64,000 nucleotides of DNA from Candidatus Collierbacteria bacterium UBA2277. GTDB lineage: Bacteria; Patescibacteriota; Microgenomatia; UBA1400; MFAQ01. The first letter of the stretch is position 1. Every line of letters begins with the position of its first letter. Position numbers and translations under genes: made by a program. Location: NCBI GenBank assembly GCA_002347045.1, contig DDWV01000002.1, forward strand, positions 8,551 through 72,550, given 5' to 3'. A model generated the notes under the pieces. The model ran no database searches and was not told the DNA's origin. It was given only the letters and a program-made list of their open reading frames with translations. Shown piece by piece: positions 9,568 through 19,174 of the stretch.

Positions 9568-10868
9568 TTTCTTGTTTTTATTAATCCAGGGTCAACCACA
9601 AACTCTTTCAGGTCGCGCCTTCCAATCAAAAGTTGTCTTCGTAAACCTTTTCTGTCTGTTAAATTTACCCTTGTACTTATCATTTTACCCTTTAACTTAA
9701 AGTCTAGAGCAATCAAAGTTCTCTCTTCTGTACCCAAAGAGTTTTTCACCCGTCTTTTCCATAAAGCATTTTCAGGAGTCACTAATCCAAGTTCAATTGC
9801 CAGATTTTTATCAATCGAGGTGCTTCTTGCTCCAGTATCAATTTTTGCTTCAACCTCTATCAATTTTCTTTTCCCATTTCTTACCCTCACAGTTTCAAAA
9901 ATACCAACCATCGGTTTTTCTTCACCAGAAAATCTCACTCTGTTTGCAAATTTACTTGCAAACAAAGCTTTTCCGATCCTTACACCTTTTTCTGGTTCAT
10001 CTACCTCCAGGCCCTCAACTCTCTGTAGCCGGCGCCTAAGACCTATCATATTCGCCAACTGAATCGAAAGACCTGGCTGGTCATTAAGTTCCAAAACCAC
10101 AGGCCCATTTTCTTCATCAATAAGCATGTCCACTGACAAGTAAGGAAGATTAGATACTTTTTGAGTTTTTACTGCCATTAACAAAATTCTATTCCAGTAA
10201 GGAATTGCAATTCCATTTACTTTTTTGTTAGAGTCCGGAAAATACTTTATTTGACGATTCTTATACACCCCATGAGTTGTAATCCCCGTAGCCATATCAA
10301 TTCCAAGACCAATAGCTCCCTGATGAAGGTTCGCTTTCCCAGCACTCTCTTCAGTTGGAAGTCGAAGCATGGCCATCACCGGAATCTGGTTGAACACAAT
10401 TATTCTTACATCAGGCGCCCCGCCGACCGCTAATTTCTTAAACTTTGGATGAATTTTTATTCTTTCCTCAATCATCACCTTATCAGGCAAATTGTTATGG
10501 GAATACTTTCCTTCCACAATATCAACAGCATGCAAAATTAGGTCCTCTACTCCAACCTTCTTTCCTTCTACCGTCAAAAATTTTCCCTCTTCTTTTGCCT
10601 GTCGACGAATCAACATAATTCCCTGGCCACCAAAACCTTGCACCGGTTTTATCGCAAATCCTCCATACAACTGACCCCAGTCAAAACTTCTTATCTCTGC
10701 AGGGTCAGAAAGAACTCCCATAAGTCCAGGGTGAGGTACACCAGCCTTACGAAGCATTCGTTTTGTCAAAAGCTTATCATCAGCTCTTTTTCTCGCCGAC
10801 TTTTTATTTAACAATAAATAGTCTGCCGACCTCGAATTTATTCCAAGAATATCGCTTAATCTTGGCAT
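9564..10868 (-). CDS. fusion protein: N-terminal ATP-grasp (RimK-related alpha-L-glutamate-ligase-like) plus C-terminal retropepsin-like aspartyl-protease domain (PF05618 / RimB-like, DTGA motif)
   Basis: FAIKPVQGFGGQGIMLI and VVLELNDQPGLSIQ in the ATP-grasp part. The C-terminal 130 aa are LIEVEAKIDTGARSTSIDKNLAIELGL... 434 aa. Confidence 0.7.
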   Translation of the reverse strand: MPRLSDILGINSRSADYLLLNKKSARKRADDKLLTKRMLRKAGVPHPGLMGVLSDPAEIRSFDWGQLYGGFAIKPVQGFGGQGIMLIRRQAKEEGKFLTVEGKKVGVEDLILHAVDIVEGKYSHNNLPDKVMIEERIKIHPKFKKLAVGGAPDVRIIVFNQIPVMAMLRLPTEESAGKANLHQGAIGLGIDMATGITTHGVYKNRQIKYFPDSNKKVNGIAIPYWNRILLMAVKTQKVSNLPYLSVDMLIDEENGPVVLELNDQPGLSIQLANMIGLRRRLQRVEGLEVDEPEKGVRIGKALFASKFANRVRFSGEEKPMVGIFETVRVRNGKRKLIEVEAKIDTGARSTSIDKNLAIELGLVTPENALWKRRVKNSLGTEERTLIALDFKLKGKMISTRVNLTDRKGLRRQLLIGRRDLKEFVVDPGLIKTRK

Positions 10869-10870
10869 GG

Positions 10871-11746
10871 TTATTTGGAAAGTAATTTTCTAAAACGCCA
10901 CACTTCCAGCAAACGAAGCCCTTTATATCTTCCAATAAGAAAATCTAAAGCCAAAATCAAGATTACCGATGTACCAGGGTGAAGCAACACCTGAGACTGC
11001 ACCCAAGGAGCACTCATTAGCTTGTACGCTATCAAAGCCAGGGTAACCGTCTCTACAGTCATCCACATAGATGTTCCAACACTTCTTGTAATCTGTGCTT
11101 CAATAAAAGTTTCAGCCAAAAGCACAAACAACATGATAGGGAAAATTCCAACCGTTGTTAGTTGCTTCAGTCCCAAACCCGTTGAAATAAGAAGCAAAAA
11201 CAAAACAGCCATTGAAACCATCCAAATTAAAATTGCAAGCTTTGGCAAATAAGGAACTCTAATCTTTTTAATTAACATCCTCCCAAGCGTAGCAACACCT
11301 ACAATATAAAATAACAAAATCAAGCCAGCAACTCCTCCTGTAGACAAAAACGCTACAGACAACAATGCTGGAGTAATTATTCCAAATCCTTTTACACCGA
11401 TTACCTGACGAGAAAAAGCTACCAAAGCAGCTACTAAAGGAAACAAAAACAACAAAACCAATGTATTTGGAGACACACCGGCAGCAACAGATTTTCTTAT
11501 TGCAATTTTCAAGATATCTCTACCCCACCAACTTGAAAGTTCTTGTTCTTTTAAGAGACTAGTCAACCTATCTCCTTTTTCAGTTGGCACAGTAATGTCC
11601 ACTGGTTTAGTCTCAACCACCTCTATTTCCTCAACCTCGGCTGAAACTGTTGACACAGGAATATCTTCTTTTATTGGAGCTCCCCAAACCTTAAATGGAA
11701 CTAAGAAAAAGGAAAATATTGCCAGAAACATCAATGCTTTTTTCAT
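10871..11746 (-). CDS. 7-TM membrane protein (7TM_transglut-like partner of RimK-related ligases) with signal peptide and a short extracellular acidic N-domain
   Basis: Signal peptide, about 110-aa acidic ectodomain, seven hydrophobic helices. 291 aa. 2-bp gap to the downstream ATP-grasp fusion gene. Confidence 0.55.
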   Translation of the reverse strand: MKKALMFLAIFSFFLVPFKVWGAPIKEDIPVSTVSAEVEEIEVVETKPVDITVPTEKGDRLTSLLKEQELSSWWGRDILKIAIRKSVAAGVSPNTLVLLFLFPLVAALVAFSRQVIGVKGFGIITPALLSVAFLSTGGVAGLILLFYIVGVATLGRMLIKKIRVPYLPKLAILIWMVSMAVLFLLLISTGLGLKQLTTVGIFPIMLFVLLAETFIEAQITRSVGTSMWMTVETVTLALIAYKLMSAPWVQSQVLLHPGTSVILILALDFLIGRYKGLRLLEVWRFRKLLSK

Positions 11747-11822
11747 GTCCTGTATTATACCAAAATCAAACTAATTTAGCGACAAAATACACGCTCCTCG
11801 CACAATATTTTTCTTATGTCTT

Positions 11823-12557
11823 CTACTGCTTAGCCATTACTATGAACATTTCATCATGCATCTCCCAAAACTTTCCTTGTTCTCCTGCACAAAGGGCTGC
11901 TTCAGCCGCTTTTTGTGCATCAGCATGAAAAGCCAAAGGGAAACTCTTATACTCCATACTTATTTTTTCTCCATATTTTTTCAACAAAGCCTCAATCGTT
12001 GGAAAAGAACGATTACAATAAGGGCACTCAAAGTCTGTGTACTCTACAATCTTAATTGTTGCGTTCTCCCCGCCTTTTATGTATCCATTACCATAAGGCA
12101 CTTTTGCCACTCTAGTAGAAACATCCCCAGTTGAGTCCAGCTTTACCTTATCACCGGTTCCATTTTTTAACTCTGCGTCAATCACTTTTTCAAAATCAGA
12201 CTGAGGCAAAGATCCTACAATCATAATTCCATTTATAAAAAATGTCGGCGTTCCTGACACTCCCAAATCTTGCCCTTCTTTATTTTCTGAAGCCACTCTA
12301 TCTGCCATTGCTCCATCATCTAAACACTTATTGAACTCTTTCATATCAAGACCAAAATTCTCAGCCATTGCTTTTACGGCATTCAAAGAGATACCTGATT
12401 CAGCAACTGCTGGAGTTACGGCTGTCTCAATACCGGCAACCTCTTTTCCTCCATTCATTTCTTTTACTTGGGCCGAAAGCCTACCCACAAAAAAAGAGGC
12501 TACAAGCAACATAAGTACTAATACCGGCGTATAAACTGAATTATTGTCTTTAAGCAT
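11823..12557 (-). CDS. membrane-anchored DsbA-like thiol:disulfide oxidoreductase with circularly permuted motif order
   Basis: N-terminal TM anchor. GVSGTPTFFING (cis-Pro region, normally C-terminal) comes before DFECPYC and FHADAQKAAEAALCAGEQGKFWEMHDEMF (normally N-terminal and helical insert). Confidence 0.7.
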   Translation of the reverse strand: MLKDNNSVYTPVLVLMLLVASFFVGRLSAQVKEMNGGKEVAGIETAVTPAVAESGISLNAVKAMAENFGLDMKEFNKCLDDGAMADRVASENKEGQDLGVSGTPTFFINGIMIVGSLPQSDFEKVIDAELKNGTGDKVKLDSTGDVSTRVAKVPYGNGYIKGGENATIKIVEYTDFECPYCNRSFPTIEALLKKYGEKISMEYKSFPLAFHADAQKAAEAALCAGEQGKFWEMHDEMFIVMAKQ

Positions 12558-12586
12558 GAAGACATATTACCACAAACCAAGAAGCC

Positions 12587-14902
12587 TTAACTCACAACGT
12601 AATTAATAGTCTTTCCTTTTACAAAAATAGTCTTTCGAATAGTCCCTCCTGCTAAATATTTCTGAATTTTTTCTTGTGCTTCAGCTAGCCTCTTTACTTC
12701 TGCCTCATTGGCCTCAGGACTAGCTTCCAAAGTACCTCTCAACTTTCCGTTTATCTGTATTGAAAAGACAATCGTCTCACTCACTAAATACTTCTTGTCA
12801 ACTTCTGGCCAACTCTCCGAGTGAACACTAAATTCTTGTCCCAAAATACTCCACATTTCTTCAGCTACAAAGGGGGCAAACAGGGACAGAGTTTTTACCA
12901 ACATCATCAATTCTTCCTTACCAATTTCCATACCATCTTTTGTCAAAATATTTACTGCCTCCATCATTTTGGCAATCGAAGTATTAAATTTAAACAACTC
13001 AATCTCATCTCCAACTTTTTGCACCACTTTATTCACAACTCTTTTTACCTCTACACAACTATTACCCTCAAAGGTTGCGTTTTTTTCTATCAGGCCAAAA
13101 AACTTTTCAATAAATCTTTTTACTCCCACAAGAGATCTTTCATTCCAAGCCATCGTTGAGTCAAATGGCCCCATAAACATCATATATGTTCTCAGTACAT
13201 CTGTACCATAAATATCAGCCACATTGTCAGGAACAACCACGTTTCCAGCACTCTTACTCATTCTGTTTCCATCAGGTCCCAAAATCACCCCATGAGACAT
13301 TCGCTTGATATATGGCTCAGGACAGCTCTGAGGAACAACACCCAAATCAAACAAGAACTGATAAATAAATCGTGAATAAAGTAAATGTAAGGTATTGTGC
13401 TCATCTCCTCCCATATATACATCTACACTCATCCAATACTTCATTTTTTCCATGTCAGCCAAAGCACTCTCATTCTTTGGATCGCAATATCTAAGAAAGT
13501 ACCAGTCACTTCCTGCCCAGTTAGGCATAGTATCTGTCTCTCGATTAGCCTCTCTTCCACACTTCGGACACTTTGTTTCAACCCACTCTGAAATACTAGC
13601 CAAGGGAGACTCTCCCGTATCGGTTGGTTGGTATTTTTCTACCTCGGGTAATCTAATAGGAAGCTGATCCTCAGGTACCGGTACCCATCCACATTTATCA
13701 CACTTCACCATCGGGATAGGCTCGCCCCAGTAATGTTGTCGACTAAAAATCCAGTCTCGCAAATGATAATTAACAGCCTTTTCACCAACGCCTCTTTCAA
13801 CTATTTTTTCAATCAACTTTTCATCTGGCTCATACTCAGATTTTATTGGCAAATCGTATCTCACTGCAAACTCTTCGTCCCTCTCATCATGACTTGGCAC
13901 AGCCATAATTGCACCAGTTCCATACGAAATCAACACATAGTCAGCAATCCAAATTGGGATCTCCTCATTGTTTATCGGATTAATTGCAAAAAGTCCTGAA
14001 AACACACCCGTCTTCTCTTTCGAGAGCTCAGACCTCTCCATCTCACTCTTGTTCTTAGTATCCTCAACATATTTTTTTATTGCTTCAACCTTCATGAGAT
14101 CACCCACAATTTTGTGCTCAGGTGCAATCACCATAAAAGTAGCTCCTGTAAGAGTATCCGGCCTTGTAGTAAACACCTCAAGCTCATCCTCACTATCCTT
14201 TATGGCAAAACGAATTTTCGCCCCTACTCTTTTATCAATCCAGTTTATTTGAGCCGCTTTTACTTTATCGATAAAGTTCGTTTCCTTTAATCCGTCCAAA
14301 AGTCTTTCAGCATAGTCCGTTATCTTGACTACCCACTGTGAGATATTTCTTCTTTCAGTCAAAGCTCCACACCGCTCACAACTTCCGTCAACAACTTCTT
14401 CATTCGCCAAACCAATCTTGCAAGAAGGACACCAATTTATTGCCATCTCCTGTTTCTCAGCCAAATCCTTCTCAAAGAGTTTTGTAAAAATCCACTGCGT
14501 CCATTTGTAATAACTGGGATCAGTCGTATCTACTTCACGATCCCAATCAAAAGAAAATCCCAATCGTCTCATCTGAGATTTGTATTTTTCTGTATTTTCT
14601 TTAGTTACCACCTGAGGTTTCAAACCCATCTTTATAGCGTAGTTTTCCGTTGGCAAACCAAAAGCATCCCAACCCATGGGAAACATCACATTAAACCCCT
14701 GCATTCTCATAAAACGAGCATAAATATCTGCACCCGTCATTGAAAAAGCGTGCCCCACATGCAATCCCGAACCTGAAGGATAGGGGAACTCTTGAAGTAC
14801 ATATTTCTTTTTTCGTTTATCAAAATCCACGCCACGATATCCTACAAACCCATCATATTTCTCAACCCACTTTTCCTCAATTTTTCTAAAATCGTAAGAC
14901 AT
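12587..14902 (-). CDS. leuS: leucyl-tRNA synthetase
   Basis: HVGHAFSMTGADIYARFMRMQG (HIGH), KMSKS, CP1 editing domain. 771 aa. Confidence 0.92.
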   Translation of the reverse strand: MSYDFRKIEEKWVEKYDGFVGYRGVDFDKRKKKYVLQEFPYPSGSGLHVGHAFSMTGADIYARFMRMQGFNVMFPMGWDAFGLPTENYAIKMGLKPQVVTKENTEKYKSQMRRLGFSFDWDREVDTTDPSYYKWTQWIFTKLFEKDLAEKQEMAINWCPSCKIGLANEEVVDGSCERCGALTERRNISQWVVKITDYAERLLDGLKETNFIDKVKAAQINWIDKRVGAKIRFAIKDSEDELEVFTTRPDTLTGATFMVIAPEHKIVGDLMKVEAIKKYVEDTKNKSEMERSELSKEKTGVFSGLFAINPINNEEIPIWIADYVLISYGTGAIMAVPSHDERDEEFAVRYDLPIKSEYEPDEKLIEKIVERGVGEKAVNYHLRDWIFSRQHYWGEPIPMVKCDKCGWVPVPEDQLPIRLPEVEKYQPTDTGESPLASISEWVETKCPKCGREANRETDTMPNWAGSDWYFLRYCDPKNESALADMEKMKYWMSVDVYMGGDEHNTLHLLYSRFIYQFLFDLGVVPQSCPEPYIKRMSHGVILGPDGNRMSKSAGNVVVPDNVADIYGTDVLRTYMMFMGPFDSTMAWNERSLVGVKRFIEKFFGLIEKNATFEGNSCVEVKRVVNKVVQKVGDEIELFKFNTSIAKMMEAVNILTKDGMEIGKEELMMLVKTLSLFAPFVAEEMWSILGQEFSVHSESWPEVDKKYLVSETIVFSIQINGKLRGTLEASPEANEAEVKRLAEAQEKIQKYLAGGTIRKTIFVKGKTINYVVS

Positions 14903-14942
14903 GCCCTTATTCTAACATTCACTCTCAACCAAAGGAAAGGCA

Positions 14943-15896
14943 CTACCACTCACCAACTCGCACTACACTCTCTACCAACTCTATTCCCAAAGACTCCCGA
15001 GCTCTTCTTTTAATTTCTTCAATTAATTTAACAAAGTCCTTCGCCGTTCCCCCTCCCAAGTTTTCAATTGAGTTCTGATTTGTTTTTGAAACACGAATCT
15101 TCCCTACAGAAAACCCTTTAAGGTTAAGCACTTCCCCGATTACATATCCCACATCTCTCGAAGGATAATTAAATATTTGCCTTTCTTCTTCATTAATATC
15201 TTCAAAAACTTTAAAGACAGTTTTTTTCTGTTGATTATCCCTATCTTTTTCAGACTTCACTCTATTTTTCCTCACCTTTCCCTTCTCCAACACAAAAGTA
15301 GCGTCAGTTACCACGCAACCACCTAGCTCCTTTTTTGAACCTACAGACTTTACTGCCCCATGAGAGTCAATTATAGAAATCTTTTTCAAATCCTCACCAC
15401 CCAAACCTCCAACAACAACTCCACCCACAGTCCCTTTATACACTTCAAAACTATCAAATCCATTTATTCCCAAAGAATGAAGTTTTTCTATAGCAAAGCT
15501 CAACTGCACTCCGCTATCCACAGTTACCTCCATGTTTTTACTCTCTACTCGTCTCAAAAACTCTCCCACACTTCTTCTTTGCTGTCTTACCTGAATTCGC
15601 TCACTTTTGTTGTATATCACCAGACCACGAATTCCTTTATCGGAAACTATCACACCACTTCCTTCACCGATAACAGTCATAGGTACAGAAAAAGATCGAC
15701 AGAGTCGGACAGCCTTAACTAAGTCTCCTGAAGTCTCAGTTATGTAAAATAAATCAGCAGGTCCTCCGATTTGAATTGTTGTGTGCAAAGACATTGGCTC
15801 GTTTATTCTTAGCCTATCTGCCTCCAAACACTTTGCCAAACTTTCTATATTTCCCAAAGCACTACCAATATACAACATTTCACCAAACCACTCCAA
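14943..15896 (-). CDS. murB: UDP-N-acetylenolpyruvoylglucosamine reductase MurB
   Basis: HTTIQIGGPADLF FAD-binding N-terminus and a MurB C-terminal domain. Contains a Lys-rich insertion. 317 aa. Confidence 0.75.
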   Translation of the reverse strand: MEWFGEMLYIGSALGNIESLAKCLEADRLRINEPMSLHTTIQIGGPADLFYITETSGDLVKAVRLCRSFSVPMTVIGEGSGVIVSDKGIRGLVIYNKSERIQVRQQRRSVGEFLRRVESKNMEVTVDSGVQLSFAIEKLHSLGINGFDSFEVYKGTVGGVVVGGLGGEDLKKISIIDSHGAVKSVGSKKELGGCVVTDATFVLEKGKVRKNRVKSEKDRDNQQKKTVFKVFEDINEEERQIFNYPSRDVGYVIGEVLNLKGFSVGKIRVSKTNQNSIENLGGGTAKDFVKLIEEIKRRARESLGIELVESVVRVGEW

Positions 15897-15928
15897 TCAC
15901 AAAAAACTCAATGACTGTTCAAAGTAAT

Positions 15929-17773
15929 TTAGACTACCTCACAATCATCAAAACTCTCTTTTAGCATTTCTTCAATTACCCTTTTTTCAGACTCTCCTGC
16001 TATCAATAAAACTCTAATATAAAAAGTCTCGTCGTCCTCAACTTTTTCTACCTTGCTTCTTGCATCTCCGCCATTTTCACCAATTATCCTTGCCACTTTT
16101 TCAGATACACCAATCGAATTTTTTCCTCTTACTAGGACTGATGTGTACACTCCCTTCACAACTCCAGCATCGTCGAGTTTCTTTGCTACCAGCTCAAGTT
16201 CCAATCCATTTGCTAATTTATAGTACAAAGTCTCCACTCCATTCCAACATCCCAACTCAAATAACAGTTTATCAACCACATCATTTTTCAGATCTTCCAA
16301 GTTTAAAACTCCTCTTTCTCGCAACACTTTATCTATCAAAAGCACCTCTCCTTTTTCTACTTCCATATCGTGTATTAAAACTTTCATCTGTTGTTCTAAT
16401 ATCTCTCTAGTCTCCTCATTACACACCTTCAGCCACTTCTTATCGGGCATATTCCTATGCGGATCAGTAATAATTTCAACCAGCGCTGCATTTGGTATTA
16501 CGTCCCCCAGCTCCATCTCCTTGCCATTTACCAACATTTTTGTTGCCCTAAGACCCAAAAGTGGATTCAGCTTATATGCCAAGTCAATTCCTGTCGCCCC
16601 AGGTTTCATAATCACCAACTCCTCTTTAGGGGTAAAAATCATAATTCTTTGATACTTCTCAGGATTATTTTTTATTTCCTCAATATCAACTGTCAAAACG
16701 CCCCTCATGTTAAACTCCTCTTTTTCTTCCGTCGTAATCGCAATTTCAACCAAACCAGCACCAAATCTGTATTTTTCGTGTATTGCACTATATCCATTCA
16801 TCTCGGGTTTTACCAAAGTATCATCTCCACCTCCATTGGTACAAAGCTTATCTCCAAAATTCGCTCTCAACTCACCCATAGCGCGGTAACATTCCCCCAA
16901 ATCATTATTGTCACCAAGCACTACTCGAAAACTGATCACGTCCGTAATATCAGAAAACTCCTTTGGCAAAGAATCAGACCTCATCGCCGACATCCTTTGT
17001 TTTTCTGCCAACTCCCAGTATCCTCCAATTTGATGCCTAACTTCAGCTTTCACACCCGCCTCGTTCAAAGTAGACTGAATCTCTTCTTTGGTATTCCTAA
17101 TAAACTCTGGATCAAGTCTTGGGTCGCTATCAATTGCTTCTTTTACTCTCTGATATCTTTCAGGATCCATATAAAAAAATGAAATGTCTGCCAAAGAGTT
17201 TTTTATCTGCCACAACCCCAACGATTCTGCCAAAGGTACATACATTGTCAAAGTCTCTTTTGCCTTCGCCATCTTTTTTTCTTTTGAAAATCCTTTACCC
17301 AAAGGACCATCTTCCATTGTCTTCATGTTGTGCAACCTATCAGCAAACTTTATCATCGACACTCTGAGCTCTACTCTAGCTTTTCTTGCCAACTTCTTCA
17401 GTGTCTCAAAATCATTATCCTTGCCAGTTGGTGATTTAAATTTACTTACTCCATCAACCGAATGTGCCACCCTTGGACTAAACATATCTTCAATCAGCTC
17501 TAAATTTATAGCATCAGGATGATCTTCAACAGTGTCATGCAGAATCCCCGCTATTACCGTATCCTCATCACACCCCCACTCAATAAGCAACTCCGCAACC
17601 GCTATACAGTGATTTACATAAGGCTCACCTGTAGTTTTTCTAAAGTCATTTTTATGAATTTCTTCGGCCAGACCTAAGGCCAATCTTTCTTTCTGGGATA
17701 ACTTTGCACAAAACTCATTTTTCTCAATTTTAAAATCAGCTCCCCTTTTTATATCTACAGCAGTTTCAGTCAT
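15929..17773 (-). CDS. rel: bifunctional (p)ppGpp synthetase/hydrolase Rel/SpoT homolog
   Basis: HD motif HDTVEDH, RLHNM, synthetase domain, TGS domain. 614 aa. Confidence 0.85.
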   Translation of the reverse strand: MTETAVDIKRGADFKIEKNEFCAKLSQKERLALGLAEEIHKNDFRKTTGEPYVNHCIAVAELLIEWGCDEDTVIAGILHDTVEDHPDAINLELIEDMFSPRVAHSVDGVSKFKSPTGKDNDFETLKKLARKARVELRVSMIKFADRLHNMKTMEDGPLGKGFSKEKKMAKAKETLTMYVPLAESLGLWQIKNSLADISFFYMDPERYQRVKEAIDSDPRLDPEFIRNTKEEIQSTLNEAGVKAEVRHQIGGYWELAEKQRMSAMRSDSLPKEFSDITDVISFRVVLGDNNDLGECYRAMGELRANFGDKLCTNGGGDDTLVKPEMNGYSAIHEKYRFGAGLVEIAITTEEKEEFNMRGVLTVDIEEIKNNPEKYQRIMIFTPKEELVIMKPGATGIDLAYKLNPLLGLRATKMLVNGKEMELGDVIPNAALVEIITDPHRNMPDKKWLKVCNEETREILEQQMKVLIHDMEVEKGEVLLIDKVLRERGVLNLEDLKNDVVDKLLFELGCWNGVETLYYKLANGLELELVAKKLDDAGVVKGVYTSVLVRGKNSIGVSEKVARIIGENGGDARSKVEKVEDDETFYIRVLLIAGESEKRVIEEMLKESFDDCEVV

Positions 17774-17833
17774 CTTAAAGTGAAAGTATACTCCTATAAC
17801 ATAGTCTTGTCACCACCCATTTGAACTCAACCC

Positions 17834-19165
17834 TTGTATAATAAACCTCAAATGGAAAGAACATACATTAAAGACATCAAAAACAACCTTGGAAAACAGG
17901 TCTCTCTTTCCGGTTTTGCCCAAACAATTAGGAAACAAGGAGGCATAATCTTCTTAATTCTTCGTGACATCACCGGAACCACTCAAGCTGTGGCCATAAA
18001 ATCCAACACACAAACTTTCCAAACACTTCAAGAGCTTTCTCTGGAGTCAGTCGTCACACTAACTGGAGAAGCAAAAGAAAACTCCCAAGCACCAAATGGT
18101 TTAGAAATTTTTATTGAATCCATTGAAGTCCTTTCTCGAGCAGAGCCAGAGCTACCAATTCCCGTCGATGAAAAAGGCGAAGGAGAAACCAATCTCGACA
18201 CACGTCTTGATTGGCGTTATCTTGACCTTCGCAAAGAAAAAAACGCCCTTATCTTCAAGGTTTGGACCACACTTGAACAGGCATTTAGAAACTACTGTAC
18301 AGGAAACGACTTCATAGAAATTCACTCTCCGAAGACCGTAGTTACTTCAACAGAATCAGGTTCAGAACTATTCGAAATTAAATATTTCGAAAACAAGGCA
18401 TTTCTCGCTCAATCTCCTCAGCTATACAAACAAATGGCCATGGCTGCTGGATTTGAAAAAGTTTTTGAAATTGGACCTGTCTTTAGGGCCAACCCTTCTT
18501 TCACTTCTCGTCACGACACTGAGTTCACCATGTATGACATAGAAATGTCATTTATTGCCTCACACCACGACCTAATGGACGTAGAAGAATCCATAATGGT
18601 CGACATTTTCAAGGCCTTAAAAGACAAGCACAGTGAAGAAATAAAACAAACTTTTGGACAAGAAATTGAAGTCCCCAAACGTCCTTTCCCTCGAGTTACA
18701 TTCAAAGAAGTCAAAAAAATACTTGCTGATCAAAAGATATCCAGTGAAAAAGAAAACGATCTCTGTCCAGAAGAAGAAAGAGCTATTTGTGAGTATTTCA
18801 AAAACAAAGAAGGGCACGACTTTGTTTTTATCCATGAGTTTCCAACAGAGTCGAGAGCTTTTTATAGCATGAGAGATGAAAAAGACCCAACAATTACAAA
18901 GAGTTTCGATCTCTTGTACAAAGGTCTCGAAATTACTAGTGGTGCCCAAAGAGAACACCGCTACGAAATCCTAAAAAGCCAAATCGAAGAAAAAGGGTTC
19001 GAACTAAAACCATTTAAAAGCTATCTAGATTTCTTCAAATATGGCTGTCCTCCACATGGCGGCTTTGCTCCAGGACCCTCAAGACTTGTTATGAAAATTC
19101 TTGGCCTTGCCAATGTCAGAGAGGTCACATATATTTATCGAGGGGTCAAGAGACTAACACCCTAA
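17834..19165 (+). CDS. aspS: aspartyl-tRNA synthetase, archaeal/eukaryal-type class IIb (AsnRS not excluded). Probable true start is ATG at 17852.
   Basis: FRANPSFTSRHDTEFTMYDIEM motif 2 region and PPHGGFAPGPSRLVM motif 3. The track start is TTG inside a TGTATAAT box. Confidence 0.75.
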   Translation: MYNKPQMERTYIKDIKNNLGKQVSLSGFAQTIRKQGGIIFLILRDITGTTQAVAIKSNTQTFQTLQELSLESVVTLTGEAKENSQAPNGLEIFIESIEVLSRAEPELPIPVDEKGEGETNLDTRLDWRYLDLRKEKNALIFKVWTTLEQAFRNYCTGNDFIEIHSPKTVVTSTESGSELFEIKYFENKAFLAQSPQLYKQMAMAAGFEKVFEIGPVFRANPSFTSRHDTEFTMYDIEMSFIASHHDLMDVEESIMVDIFKALKDKHSEEIKQTFGQEIEVPKRPFPRVTFKEVKKILADQKISSEKENDLCPEEERAICEYFKNKEGHDFVFIHEFPTESRAFYSMRDEKDPTITKSFDLLYKGLEITSGAQREHRYEILKSQIEEKGFELKPFKSYLDFFKYGCPPHGGFAPGPSRLVMKILGLANVREVTYIYRGVKRLTP

Positions 19166-19174
19166 TCAAAAACT

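Noticed and set aside
9544-10062. Plus-strand ORFs 9544..10062 and 9797..10039
   Set aside because: They are antisense to the ATP-grasp genes, which have clear domain signatures.
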